From assembly GCA_016699995.1 (NCBI GenBank), contig CP064996.1, forward strand, positions 266,357-330,356: a stretch of DNA of 64,000 bases, written 5' to 3'. Of this stretch, positions 1-9,045 are shown piece by piece. The position numbers were made by a program, and so were the translations under genes. The DNA is from a bacterium. Its GTDB lineage: Bacteria > Patescibacteriota > Doudnabacteria > UBA920. How positions within the stretch are numbered: the first letter of the stretch is position 1; every line of letters starts with the position of its first letter. The notes under the pieces are model-generated. The model saw only the letters and a program-made list of their open reading frames with translations, did no database searches and had not been told where the DNA came from.

Positions 1-9
1 GGAGAATAA

Positions 10-693
10 ATGCATAAAGTTATTGTTGCTAACTGGAAGCTTAATCCGCTAACGGCGCGTGAAGCTACAGACCTGGCTAGAAAAATCGAAGTTGTTTCCA
101 AATACGAAGTGGTGCTTTGCCCGCCGACTCCGTTTTTGGGCGTTATCGAATACATGCACTTAGGAGCTCAGGATGTTAGCAGTCAGATCAAGGGGCCGTA
201 CACCGGACAGATTTCCGCTGCTAACTTGGCTAGCTTAAATGTCAGCCATTGCATTGTCGGACATAGCGAACGCCGCGCGCTCGGAGAAACAGAAGCGCAA
301 ATAAACGCCAAGATTCAGGCCTTGCTGGATTATAAAATCACCCCGATTTTATGCATCGGTTACGGCACGGCTGTAGATCAGGATGAATTAGAAGTTACAG
401 ATGTACTAGCATCTCAGTTAAGGCAGGATCTGGCTGACGTTGATCCTAAGAAAGTTATTGTGGCTTACGAACCGGTCTGGGCGATCGGCTCTGGTCGCCC
501 GGCTACAGCAGACCATGCCGAACAGATTGCGCTTTACATCAATACTAAGTTCGGAGTTAAGTCGGTTTTGTACGGCGGCAGCGTCAACAGTACAAATAGC
601 GCAACATTTTTGGGACAGCATAACATCGGCGGCTTATTGGTTGGGGGAGCGTCCTTATTGCCGGAAGATTTTAATAAAATTATTCAGAACTAA
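10..693 (+). CDS. tpiA: triosephosphate isomerase
   Basis: Motifs ANWKLN, GHSERR, EPVWAIGSG. GGAG RBS at 1-4, five nt upstream of the ATG. Confidence 0.93.
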   Translation: MHKVIVANWKLNPLTAREATDLARKIEVVSKYEVVLCPPTPFLGVIEYMHLGAQDVSSQIKGPYTGQISAANLASLNVSHCIVGHSERRALGETEAQINAKIQALLDYKITPILCIGYGTAVDQDELEVTDVLASQLRQDLADVDPKKVIVAYEPVWAIGSGRPATADHAEQIALYINTKFGVKSVLYGGSVNSTNSATFLGQHNIGGLLVGGASLLPEDFNKIIQN

Positions 694-705
694 TAATCGA
701 GCAGT

Positions 706-1149
706 ATGATTTATATCGGCGCCGATCATGGCGGATACAAGTTAAAAGAGCATCTTAAAAAAATTTTAGCCAAACGAAAGCTCGATTTTAAAGACATGGG
801 CGCGTTAACTTTCAAGCCCGACGATGATTACCCGGATTACGCGGCTAAAGTTGCCAAGCAGGTTTCCAAAAATCCTTTGGGGAATTTAGGAATACTTATT
901 TGCCGAAGCGGGCAAGGGGTGTGTATTGTAGCCAATAAATTTAAAGGCGTTCGAGCGGCGTTAGTATGGAACACCAGCGAAGCCAAGGCCAGCCGCAATG
1001 ACGATATGAGCAACGTGCTATGCTTGCCAAGCGATTACGTAAATTCCCAGGCAGCAGAAAAGATTATGGAAGTATGGATAGATACAAAATTTTCCACCGA
1101 AAGCAGGCATATGCGTCGCGTAAAAAAGATTAGCGCTCTGGAGAATTAA
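706..1149 (+). CDS. rpiB: ribose-5-phosphate isomerase B (RpiB/LacAB family)
   Basis: About 147 aa. N-terminal GADHGG and CRSGQG-C-ANK motif typical of RpiB. Confidence 0.88.
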   Translation: MIYIGADHGGYKLKEHLKKILAKRKLDFKDMGALTFKPDDDYPDYAAKVAKQVSKNPLGNLGILICRSGQGVCIVANKFKGVRAALVWNTSEAKASRNDDMSNVLCLPSDYVNSQAAEKIMEVWIDTKFSTESRHMRRVKKISALEN

Positions 1150-1163
1150 CTTATCAATCAAGT

Positions 1164-1808
1164 TTGTCATTTATGATTATTCCGGCAATTTTAGAAAATA
1201 AAGTAGATAATTTCAACCAGAATCTGAAGTTGGTGATGGGGCTTAAAGGTGTCCGTGCTATTCAGATCGACTTTGCGGATGGCAAATTGGTGCCAACCAA
1301 AACTTTGAAGATCGAAGAGATCAAATTGCCAAAAAGCAAAATCTCGTTCGAAGCGCATCTAATGATAGATGAGCCGGCCAACTTCGCTGCTTATAAAACT
1401 GCCGGTTTTACGAAAATAATCGTTCATTACGAAGCTTTCCGAAGCGAATTGGATTTGGAAGCTGCGGTGGAGGAGATTAAAAGGCTCAAAATGACTCCTG
1501 CTATAGCTGTTTCACCGACCAGTGAAGTGTCTGTGATTCGATACCATGTGGATACTATAAATGATTATGTACTGCTTGGCGTTACCCCGGGTAAGCAGGG
1601 GCAGAAGATGTTGCCGGGAACAAAGCAGCGATTGCGAGTTATGCGCGACTTAGCACCGATGGCGAGAATCGACGTCGATGGCGGAGTAAACGAAACCAAT
1701 ATTGCTAAACTCATCGACAATGGCGCAACTAGCTGCGTGGTGGGCTCGGGCTTGCTCAAGGGAGACGTGAAAGAAAATTACGAAAAATTGTTGGAAGCTC
1801 TTAAATAG
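1164..1808 (+). CDS. rpe: ribulose-phosphate 3-epimerase
   Basis: HLMIDEP and DGGVN motifs. About 214 aa TIM-barrel epimerase. Confidence 0.88.
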   Translation: MSFMIIPAILENKVDNFNQNLKLVMGLKGVRAIQIDFADGKLVPTKTLKIEEIKLPKSKISFEAHLMIDEPANFAAYKTAGFTKIIVHYEAFRSELDLEAAVEEIKRLKMTPAIAVSPTSEVSVIRYHVDTINDYVLLGVTPGKQGQKMLPGTKQRLRVMRDLAPMARIDVDGGVNETNIAKLIDNGATSCVVGSGLLKGDVKENYEKLLEALK

Positions 1809-1848
1809 TGAAATGTAAATAGCAGATTTTTATAGACACAAAATAAAT

Positions 1849-2745
1849 TTGAAACGCAAAATAAAAATGAAATTGTCTTCCACAGAATTACAACTTAAAG
1901 CCAACGAGATAAGGCAGAATATTATCGAGATGCTCGTCGAAGCTGGTTCTGGTCACAGTGCCGGTCCCTTGGGTATGGCGGACATTTTCACTGCGCTTTA
2001 TTTTGAGGTGATGAATATTGATCCGCTCAAGCCAGGCTGGCCGAACCGCGACTGGCTAGTACTGTCTTGCGGTCATACTTGTCCGGTATTATATGCCACT
2101 TTGGCGCAGCGCGGGTATTTTCCGGTAAGCGAGCTTAAGACATTGCGTAAAATTGAATCCCGCTTGCAAGGCCATCCACATAATTTAGAGTTGCCTGGAA
2201 TCGAAACCAGTAGCGGCCCGCTGGGTCAGGGTTCTTCGCAGGCCGTGGGGATTGCTTTGGCAATGCGCATGGACAGCAAAAGCAACCGCACCTATTTGGT
2301 TATGTCCGACGGGGAACAGAATGAAGGGCAGGTATGGGAAGCAGTGATGTTAGCGGGAAAAGAACGGCTGCATAATTTAACGGCTATTATCGACCGCAAT
2401 AATATTCAGATCGATGGCTATACAGAAGACGTCATGCCTTTAGATTCTTTGCGCGCCAAGTATGAAGCTTTTAACTGGCACGTGTTGGAAGTCGATGGTC
2501 ATAATATTCGAGCCATTATAGATGCATGCCACGAAGCGCGAGCAATTTTTGAGAAGCCGACTGTGATTATTGCGCATACGATTCCAGGAAAAGGAGTGGA
2601 TTTTATGGAAGGGCGGTATGAATGGCATGGATCGCCTCCGGATGCGGCTAATATTGCTGGCGCCCCGCCCAAAGGCCAGCAGGCAGCAGAGGCATTAAAG
2701 GAGCTGCGCACTCTGCAGGGAAAAATTAGAAGTGAACACGAATAA
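1849..2745 (+). CDS. tkt: transketolase, N-terminal (TPP-binding) subunit
   Basis: GHSAGPLGMADI motif and GDGE..EG thiamine-binding signature. Length fits the split-Tkt N half. Confidence 0.9.
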   Translation: MKRKIKMKLSSTELQLKANEIRQNIIEMLVEAGSGHSAGPLGMADIFTALYFEVMNIDPLKPGWPNRDWLVLSCGHTCPVLYATLAQRGYFPVSELKTLRKIESRLQGHPHNLELPGIETSSGPLGQGSSQAVGIALAMRMDSKSNRTYLVMSDGEQNEGQVWEAVMLAGKERLHNLTAIIDRNNIQIDGYTEDVMPLDSLRAKYEAFNWHVLEVDGHNIRAIIDACHEARAIFEKPTVIIAHTIPGKGVDFMEGRYEWHGSPPDAANIAGAPPKGQQAAEALKELRTLQGKIRSEHE

Positions 2746-2765
2746 AACAATTAATTATTTATAAA

Positions 2766-4547
2766 ATGACATTTATACTAGTCATCATATTGGCTGCATA
2801 TATTGTTTCTTTATCGAAACGTGTTAAGCGCTTAGAACAGTCATTACCGGCAGAATTGACTCTCACAAAGACTGGCGCCGCGCCCGCAAGTCCGGCTGCA
2901 GCTGCTTCGCCGGCTCCGGCCCCCGCATCTATGCCCTCGAGTCTGCCAGAACGGTCGGCGCCGACCGTATCTTCGCCGCTCACAAAGGCTCCTGCTTCCC
3001 CCGAATATCATGCTGAACCAAGAGACTTTGTAAATCTGCTGCCGAAAATTGGCGTAGTGGCCTTGCTGTTTGGCCTGGGGTTCTTCCTTAAATACTCTAT
3101 TGATCAGGGCTGGGTCAGCATTAATTTGAGATTGCTCATCGGCGCGCTGGTAGGGCTGTTTATGCTAATTCTTTATTATTACTGGAAAGATAAATATGCT
3201 AAGTATGCCTTAACTTTAGCCGGAGGCGGAATCGGCATCTGGTATCTAACGATGTTCGCGGCCGTTCAGATGTACGGCGTTATCAGCCCGGTGACAGGGT
3301 TGGTTATTCTTGTAATTATATGTTTAGCAGTTCTAATCTTATCCCGCTCCGTTAAATCCCAGCTTTTGGAGATATTTGGTTGGGTCGGCGCATACTTATC
3401 GCCATTAATCTTGGGCCTAGACGAAAATTCATATTATCTGACTTTAACTTATTTGACCGTAGTATCGGTCGCTATTTTTGTAAATAGCACCAAGGAGCGC
3501 AATCATGCGCCGATTGCTGTTGCGATAGTTGGTTCGCTTTTCAATTTGGTATTTTTGGAGCACCGGGAGCTGGTCGGATTGAATAAGGGATTGCCAGTAA
3601 TAATTTATTTAGCCGCCCATTTTATAACGGGTTTGTTCTTTACTGCTGTTGCACTGAGGGAATCTGCGCAGGGTATTACTGAAACAGTCAAAAAAGAATT
3701 TACTTTACTGTTTTTGCTTCTGTCGTTGATCTTCGGAATTCCATTAAGCTATTTGGTTTATAATAACTATCCTGACTATGCAAGCTTAATTTTGCTGTCT
3801 ATGGGAGTTTGGTCATTTATTTGCTACGCAGTTGTTGACCGTGTAGAAGTTAAAGGGGTTAATTATGCTCTTGCCGGGGTAGGTGCAGCGTTTATGTCGT
3901 TGGCGGCTATTTGGGAGTTCGGCCCATACGGGCAGGTTTTGGCTATTTATATTCTAGGATTGGTAGGCTTGGTAGTGGGCAGAATTCAGAACCGTGCCGA
4001 GATAAGAATCTATGGCTTATTGGAAATTATACTAGGGTTGGTTTTAGCAGCTTCGATATCTTACGAATCCGCTTCTGCTTTATTTATTTCCAATAAATTT
4101 GGCATAGAATTACTGGGCATTGTTACGCTGATTTTGGCTTACTTCTCTTTTACTCGAGATAATATTTCCGAATTCGAAAACGATGTTCACCGCGGGATCC
4201 AATACATTGCATCCGCGGCGCTAATGTTCTTCGTATCGTATGATTTGCTGAATTTCTATGATCTACCAACCCAGGTCAACGAACGCAACCTGGCTTTAAG
4301 TATTTGGTGGTTAATTTTAGCGGTCGGCATGTTTGCTTTGTCCGTTATGAAAACTTTCCGTACTTTGCGAAAACCTTCCTTGGTTCTGTTTGGGATTGTC
4401 ATTCTAAAAGTGTTCTTGTATGACCTGCAGACTTTAGATACGGTTTATAGAATAATTTCGTTTATCACCTTAGGGGTGATTCTGCTGGTGGTTTCGTTTA
4501 TGTACCAAAAAAATAAAGAGAAAATTAAGCACTATTTAGAATCTTAA
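2766..4547 (+). CDS. polytopic membrane protein (DUF2339-like), Pro/Ala-rich linker after first TM
   Basis: 593 aa with more than 12 predicted hydrophobic helices. N-terminal TM followed by a PAAAASPAPAPAS low-complexity stretch. Its stop overlaps the next ATG by one nt (TAATG). Confidence 0.6.
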   Translation: MTFILVIILAAYIVSLSKRVKRLEQSLPAELTLTKTGAAPASPAAAASPAPAPASMPSSLPERSAPTVSSPLTKAPASPEYHAEPRDFVNLLPKIGVVALLFGLGFFLKYSIDQGWVSINLRLLIGALVGLFMLILYYYWKDKYAKYALTLAGGGIGIWYLTMFAAVQMYGVISPVTGLVILVIICLAVLILSRSVKSQLLEIFGWVGAYLSPLILGLDENSYYLTLTYLTVVSVAIFVNSTKERNHAPIAVAIVGSLFNLVFLEHRELVGLNKGLPVIIYLAAHFITGLFFTAVALRESAQGITETVKKEFTLLFLLLSLIFGIPLSYLVYNNYPDYASLILLSMGVWSFICYAVVDRVEVKGVNYALAGVGAAFMSLAAIWEFGPYGQVLAIYILGLVGLVVGRIQNRAEIRIYGLLEIILGLVLAASISYESASALFISNKFGIELLGIVTLILAYFSFTRDNISEFENDVHRGIQYIASAALMFFVSYDLLNFYDLPTQVNERNLALSIWWLILAVGMFALSVMKTFRTLRKPSLVLFGIVILKVFLYDLQTLDTVYRIISFITLGVILLVVSFMYQKNKEKIKHYLES

Positions 4548-5554
4548 TGCTAAATCCGGATCAAAAATTAAATCCGCAGATCGAAGGCTCTAGCAGCTCT
4601 GCCGGCATCGACCATAAAGGCACTCGCGATGGTTTTGGCGAGGCATTGTTGGCATTGGGCGAGCAGGACGAACGAATCGTTGCTTTAACTGGCGACCTTG
4701 CAGAGAGTACCCGCGTTCTGGAATTTAGCAAAAAATTTCCCGACCGTTTTATTGAGTGCGGGGTGGCAGAGCAGAACATGATGGGCGTTGCCGCAGGCTT
4801 GGCCTTGGCTGGAAAAGTTCCATTTGCTGCTAGCTATGCAACTTTCAGCCCTGGTCGCAACTGGGACCAGTTGCGGGTCTCGGTATGCTATAGCAACGCT
4901 AATGTAAAGGTAGTGGGTGCGCATACCGGTGTTTCTGTAGGGCCGGATGGCGCGACTCATCAAGCTTTAGAGGATATAGCCATAACCCGTGTGCTGCCTA
5001 ACCTGACAGTGGTCCAGCCGATGGATAGTATCGAAGCTGCCAAAGCCACTGTTGCTATAAGCCATATCACTACTCCGGCGTATCTAAGGCTTACTCGAGA
5101 GAAAACTCCGATCATAACAACTCCAGAATCTCCTTTTGAGCTTGGCAAAGCCAATGTGCTTAAAGAAGGCAAAGATGTAGCTGTAATTGGTTGCGGTCCG
5201 ATTCTATACAACGCTATTAGGGCGGCAATAGACTTGGAAAAAGAAAACATCAGCGTCATGGTGATCAACAATCATACAATTAAGCCGATCGACAGCGAAA
5301 CAATTATCTGGGCAGCGAAGCTAACTGGCGCAGTGGTCACAGTAGAAGAACATCAGGTTACCGGAGGATTGGGTAGTGCAGTAGCGGAAACTTTATCGTT
5401 AAATTTCCCTGTGCCCATAGAAATGATCGGAATGCCAGACAGCTTTAGTCAAAGCGGTACGCCGGAAGAATTGTTCGACAAGTACGGCATGAGCATTAAT
5501 TCCATTAAGCAATCAATTAAAGAAGTTATAGCCAGGAAGGCAGTTAACAAATAA
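4547..5554 (+). CDS. tkt: transketolase, C-terminal (pyrimidine-binding) subunit
   Basis: FIECGVAEQNMMGVAAGLA motif. C-terminal transketolase domain. Confidence 0.9.
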   Translation: MLNPDQKLNPQIEGSSSSAGIDHKGTRDGFGEALLALGEQDERIVALTGDLAESTRVLEFSKKFPDRFIECGVAEQNMMGVAAGLALAGKVPFAASYATFSPGRNWDQLRVSVCYSNANVKVVGAHTGVSVGPDGATHQALEDIAITRVLPNLTVVQPMDSIEAAKATVAISHITTPAYLRLTREKTPIITTPESPFELGKANVLKEGKDVAVIGCGPILYNAIRAAIDLEKENISVMVINNHTIKPIDSETIIWAAKLTGAVVTVEEHQVTGGLGSAVAETLSLNFPVPIEMIGMPDSFSQSGTPEELFDKYGMSINSIKQSIKEVIARKAVNK

Positions 5555-5572
5555 AGGAAAGCAAAAAGAAAT

Positions 5573-6628
5573 ATGAAACAAAAATACGAATTTATTGCCA
5601 TTGGCGACCCGACAATCGATACTTTTTTGCTAGTAGAAGATATAGAAGTAAAAACTATCAAAGGCCAGCTTAAAGCCATAATAAATTGGGGAGACAAGCT
5701 GCCTGTCCAGCATTTTTATCGAACTGTGGCAGGTAATGCTGCAAACGCTGCGGTAGGCGCCAGTCGTTTAGGTTTGAAGACAGCTTTTTATACTGTTTTG
5801 GCGCATGATGCAGGCGGCCGTGAGATTATTCATAAGATGAAGAAAGAAAAGGTTGCGACCGACTATGTGGTAATTGATGAGCAGCACCCGACCAATGCCT
5901 CCACGGTTTTAAGCCACAACGGAGAACGAACCATTTTTGTTTACCACGAGCATCGCAAATATAAGCTGCCCCGCTTAGCGCCAGCCGAATGGGTGTACCT
6001 GACCAGTTTGGGAGTCGGTTTTGAAAGGATCTATAAAGATCTCGCCAAATATTTGGATAAACATAAAGTCAAACTGGCTTTTAATCCTGGAACTTTTCAA
6101 TTACGAAAGGGTCCGAAATTTAATAAGCTCATGCTGGAGCGGACCGAAGTTTTGTCCCTTAATAAAGAGGAAGCGCAGAGCTGGGTGGGGCATAGCGAGG
6201 ACATCGAAGTGCTTTCTAAAAAACTCCGTAAGCTTGGCCCTAAAATTGTAGTTATCACAGACGGTCCAAAAGGAGCTTATAGTTATAGCGATGAAGGATT
6301 TTTTTACATCCCTCAATTTCCTGGTCCTCGCATAGAGGCCACCGGAGCAGGGGATAGTTTTACCACTGCGTATGTTTCGGCTTTAGCGATCGGTAAGACC
6401 AATAGGGAAGCTTTGCAATGGGGGCCGATCAATGCTGGCAGCGTGGTCCAGAAAATTGGGCCGCAGGAAGGCTTGTTAACTTTAAAAGAAATTCAGTCCA
6501 AGATTAAATACACCAAGAGTTTTAAAGCGATAGAATTGAGTGATGAACGCGCAAAGTCGAGAGTCGCAGCCATGGTGGGCAGGATGGATAAAGATCTGAA
6601 CGCTAAGACCAAGAAAGCTAAAAGTTAA
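5573..6628 (+). CDS. PfkB-family carbohydrate kinase (ribokinase-like), Lys-rich C-terminal tail
   Basis: GAGDSFTTAY anion-hole/ATP motif and N-terminal GG/NAA motifs. C-terminal roughly 40 aa are K/A-rich. Confidence 0.8.
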   Translation: MKQKYEFIAIGDPTIDTFLLVEDIEVKTIKGQLKAIINWGDKLPVQHFYRTVAGNAANAAVGASRLGLKTAFYTVLAHDAGGREIIHKMKKEKVATDYVVIDEQHPTNASTVLSHNGERTIFVYHEHRKYKLPRLAPAEWVYLTSLGVGFERIYKDLAKYLDKHKVKLAFNPGTFQLRKGPKFNKLMLERTEVLSLNKEEAQSWVGHSEDIEVLSKKLRKLGPKIVVITDGPKGAYSYSDEGFFYIPQFPGPRIEATGAGDSFTTAYVSALAIGKTNREALQWGPINAGSVVQKIGPQEGLLTLKEIQSKIKYTKSFKAIELSDERAKSRVAAMVGRMDKDLNAKTKKAKS

Positions 6629-6630
6629 TC

Positions 6631-7497
6631 ATGCTAGTCCATATTAAAGAATTATTTGCTAAAGAAGTCCGAGGTAAGTTTGCTTACCCGGCTTTCAATA
6701 CCATGAACCTCGAGATTACCCGCGGGATTATTGAGGCTGCCGAAGAATTGAACACGCCGATTATCATTGAAACCAGCGAAGGCGCCATTAAGTATGCAGG
6801 CCTCGAAACTATGTTCGAGATGATCGCGAGCATGGCCATTAAGGCCAGGGTGCCTATCGCGCTGCATATGGATCACGGCAAAGACGAAGATCAGCTTAGG
6901 AGGGGAATAGAATTGGGATACTCGTCGGTGATGATTGACCATTCTTCATTGCCAGTGGATCAAAACATCAAAGACACCGTTGCAATGGTTGAGTTTGCCC
7001 ATAAGGAAGGAGCTTGGGTACAGGGCGAAATTGGCCGCATCCGCGGCAATGAGGACTGGGTTTCTGTTTCGGAAAGCGAAAGTCTTCTTACCGAGCCGGA
7101 CGAGGCTAAACAGTTTTATGAAGCTACTAAAGTGGATACTTTAGCCTGTTCTTTTGGCACAATTCACGGTATTATTAAGATGAGCGGTAAAGCCGAAGCG
7201 CATGTTGATATCAACCGCATCGAACAAATTGCCAGCGTGATTCCGGTGCCGCTTGTGTTGCACGGAGCCAGCGGCTTGCCTGACGATGTCATTGGTCAGG
7301 CTATTAGCGCTGGTATTAGCATCATCAACATTGATACAGAATTGCGCATGGGCTTTACTCAGAATTTAAGGGACGCACTAAAGCAACATCCGGATGAAGT
7401 CGACCCGCGCAAATATTTGGCGCCAGCTATAGAGGGAGTCAAGGAGGCTGCCAAGAAAAAATTGATCGCATTTAAGACTATTAATCAAATAAACTAA
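6631..7497 (+). CDS. fba: class II fructose-bisphosphate aldolase
   Basis: PAFN..N, LHMDHG and LHGASG motifs of class II ketose-bisphosphate aldolases. Confidence 0.9.
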   Translation: MLVHIKELFAKEVRGKFAYPAFNTMNLEITRGIIEAAEELNTPIIIETSEGAIKYAGLETMFEMIASMAIKARVPIALHMDHGKDEDQLRRGIELGYSSVMIDHSSLPVDQNIKDTVAMVEFAHKEGAWVQGEIGRIRGNEDWVSVSESESLLTEPDEAKQFYEATKVDTLACSFGTIHGIIKMSGKAEAHVDINRIEQIASVIPVPLVLHGASGLPDDVIGQAISAGISIINIDTELRMGFTQNLRDALKQHPDEVDPRKYLAPAIEGVKEAAKKKLIAFKTINQIN

Positions 7498-7498
7498 T

Positions 7499-7735
7499 AT
7501 GGGTATTGCTGGAAACAGTTTACATAGCAAAAACGTACGTCTGCGCTTCTTTTCTTATATATTCATGGGTATTCTGGCTTTCGGAGCTCTGATGTACTGG
7601 AAGACCCAACTGTATATGACTACGGAGTACGTGGAGCTGCAGCCAACTAAGCATACTATCAAGCACCGAGCGGGGATTATGAAGTCTAGCAATTACCAGC
7701 TAGAAGAGGTTGAAGTCTCCCCGAGCGTACAGTAA
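7499..7735 (+). CDS. small hypothetical membrane protein
   Basis: 78-aa ORF with one central hydrophobic helix, packed between fba and gap. No recognisable motif. Confidence 0.3.
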   Translation: MGIAGNSLHSKNVRLRFFSYIFMGILAFGALMYWKTQLYMTTEYVELQPTKHTIKHRAGIMKSSNYQLEEVEVSPSVQ

Positions 7736-7785
7736 CTAGCGCCTGAAATAAAATCCGAAAATAAAACTCAAAATAAATTATAAAA

Positions 7786-8817
7786 ATGGAAAATAAAATA
7801 AAAATAGGCATTAATGGCTTCGGGCGCATTGGGCGTCAGGCTTTTAAAATTGCTTTAGAAAAACCAGAAATAGAAATCGCTGCCATTAACGACCTTACGA
7901 GCCCGGCAGTTTTAGCGCAGTTGCTCAAATATGATTCTAATTACGGGCAGTTTAACCGCAAGATCGAATCAAACGAAACTCATATTATCGTAGACGGTAA
8001 GAGTTACTTAGTTACTGCGGAAAAAGATCCCGCTAATTTGCCATGGGGCAAGCTTGGCGTAGAAGTGGTTATAGAGAGCACTGGCCGTTTTACCAGCAGC
8101 GAAAAGGCCAAGGGCCATTTAGAGGCAGGAGCCAAGCGCGTAATAATTTCTGCTCCAGCTAAAGATGAGGGTATTACCAAGACTTATGTGCTTGGCGTCA
8201 ATGAAGACCAGTATTCGGATGAAGCGATTGTAAGCAATGCTTCTTGTACTACCAATTGCATTGCACCAGTCGCTGCTGTACTGCATGCTAAATTTGGAAT
8301 AGAGAAAGCGATGATGACAACTATTCATAGCTATACGGCAGAACAGAATTTAGTCGATGGTCCGCCGCCGGGTGAACACTCTAATGATCTTCGCCGGGCC
8401 CGAGCCGCTGCGGTAAACATTGTACCCACTACAACTGGCGCAGCAATCTCGGCAACAGAAACCATACCAGATCTTAAAGGCTTATTCGACGGCATGGCTA
8501 TCCGCGTACCAACGCCGGTTGGGAGCTTAACCGATTTTACAATGCTGCTTAAAAAAGACGTGACTGTAGAAGAGGTTAACCAGGCGTTTATCGATGCCAG
8601 CACCCACCCATTGTATAAGGGAAAATTAGTCGTAACTAACGAACCGCTAGTCTCTTCGGATATTGTTGGAAACCCAGCTTCGGCTATCGTTGATTTGGCT
8701 TTGACAAAAGTAACGGCAGGTAATTTTGTAAAAGTTATTGCCTGGTACGATAATGAATACGGTTATTCTAATAGGTTGGTAGAGCAGGCAATTCTCGTAG
8801 GGAAAACTATTAAGTAA
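7786..8817 (+). CDS. gap: glyceraldehyde-3-phosphate dehydrogenase
   Basis: INGFGRIGR NAD-binding motif and SCTTNC active site. Confidence 0.95.
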   Translation: MENKIKIGINGFGRIGRQAFKIALEKPEIEIAAINDLTSPAVLAQLLKYDSNYGQFNRKIESNETHIIVDGKSYLVTAEKDPANLPWGKLGVEVVIESTGRFTSSEKAKGHLEAGAKRVIISAPAKDEGITKTYVLGVNEDQYSDEAIVSNASCTTNCIAPVAAVLHAKFGIEKAMMTTIHSYTAEQNLVDGPPPGEHSNDLRRARAAAVNIVPTTTGAAISATETIPDLKGLFDGMAIRVPTPVGSLTDFTMLLKKDVTVEEVNQAFIDASTHPLYKGKLVVTNEPLVSSDIVGNPASAIVDLALTKVTAGNFVKVIAWYDNEYGYSNRLVEQAILVGKTIK

Positions 8818-8832
8818 AAAGTTGAAATAAAA

Positions 8833-8858
8833 AAGAACAGCCGAGACTGTTCTTTGTA
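8833..8858. terminator. bidirectional intrinsic terminator
   Basis: AAGAACAG-ccgaga-CTGTTCTT hairpin. A-run on one side and T-run on the other. Lies between gap (+) and the micro-ORF (-). Confidence 0.6.
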
Positions 8859-8876
8859 GAGAAAGGTAAAATTTGT

Positions 8877-8993
8877 TTAAGGGAGTTGGAATATTAATAC
8901 GTATAGGACGAGCGCTATGCCGACGAAGTAGGTAGCGGCGATAACGTGCTTGGGTCGGATCTCGACGTTGATTTTCTGCAGGAATTTTACCAT
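8877..8993 (-). CDS. 38-aa hydrophobic micro-protein (MVKFLQKINVEIRPKHVIAATYFVGIALVLYVLIFQLP)
   Basis: Below the ORF-track size cutoff. GGAGG sits 7 nt upstream of the ATG, and an intrinsic terminator follows immediately. Confidence 0.35.
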   Translation of the reverse strand: MVKFLQKINVEIRPKHVIAATYFVGIALVLYVLIFQLP

Positions 8994-9045
8994 GAGGGTC
9001 CTCCGAGTTTCAATTTTATAAATAATATATCATAAAATTTCTATT

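Noticed and set aside
418-709. Antisense and alternate-frame ORFs inside tpiA (418-621 minus, 440-709 plus), and similar internal ORFs throughout the track, for example 8119-8603, 12096-13271, 18634-19210 and 45264-46620.
   Set aside because: They lie wholly inside well-supported conserved genes, have no RBS or motif, and have low-complexity translations. They are treated as spurious.
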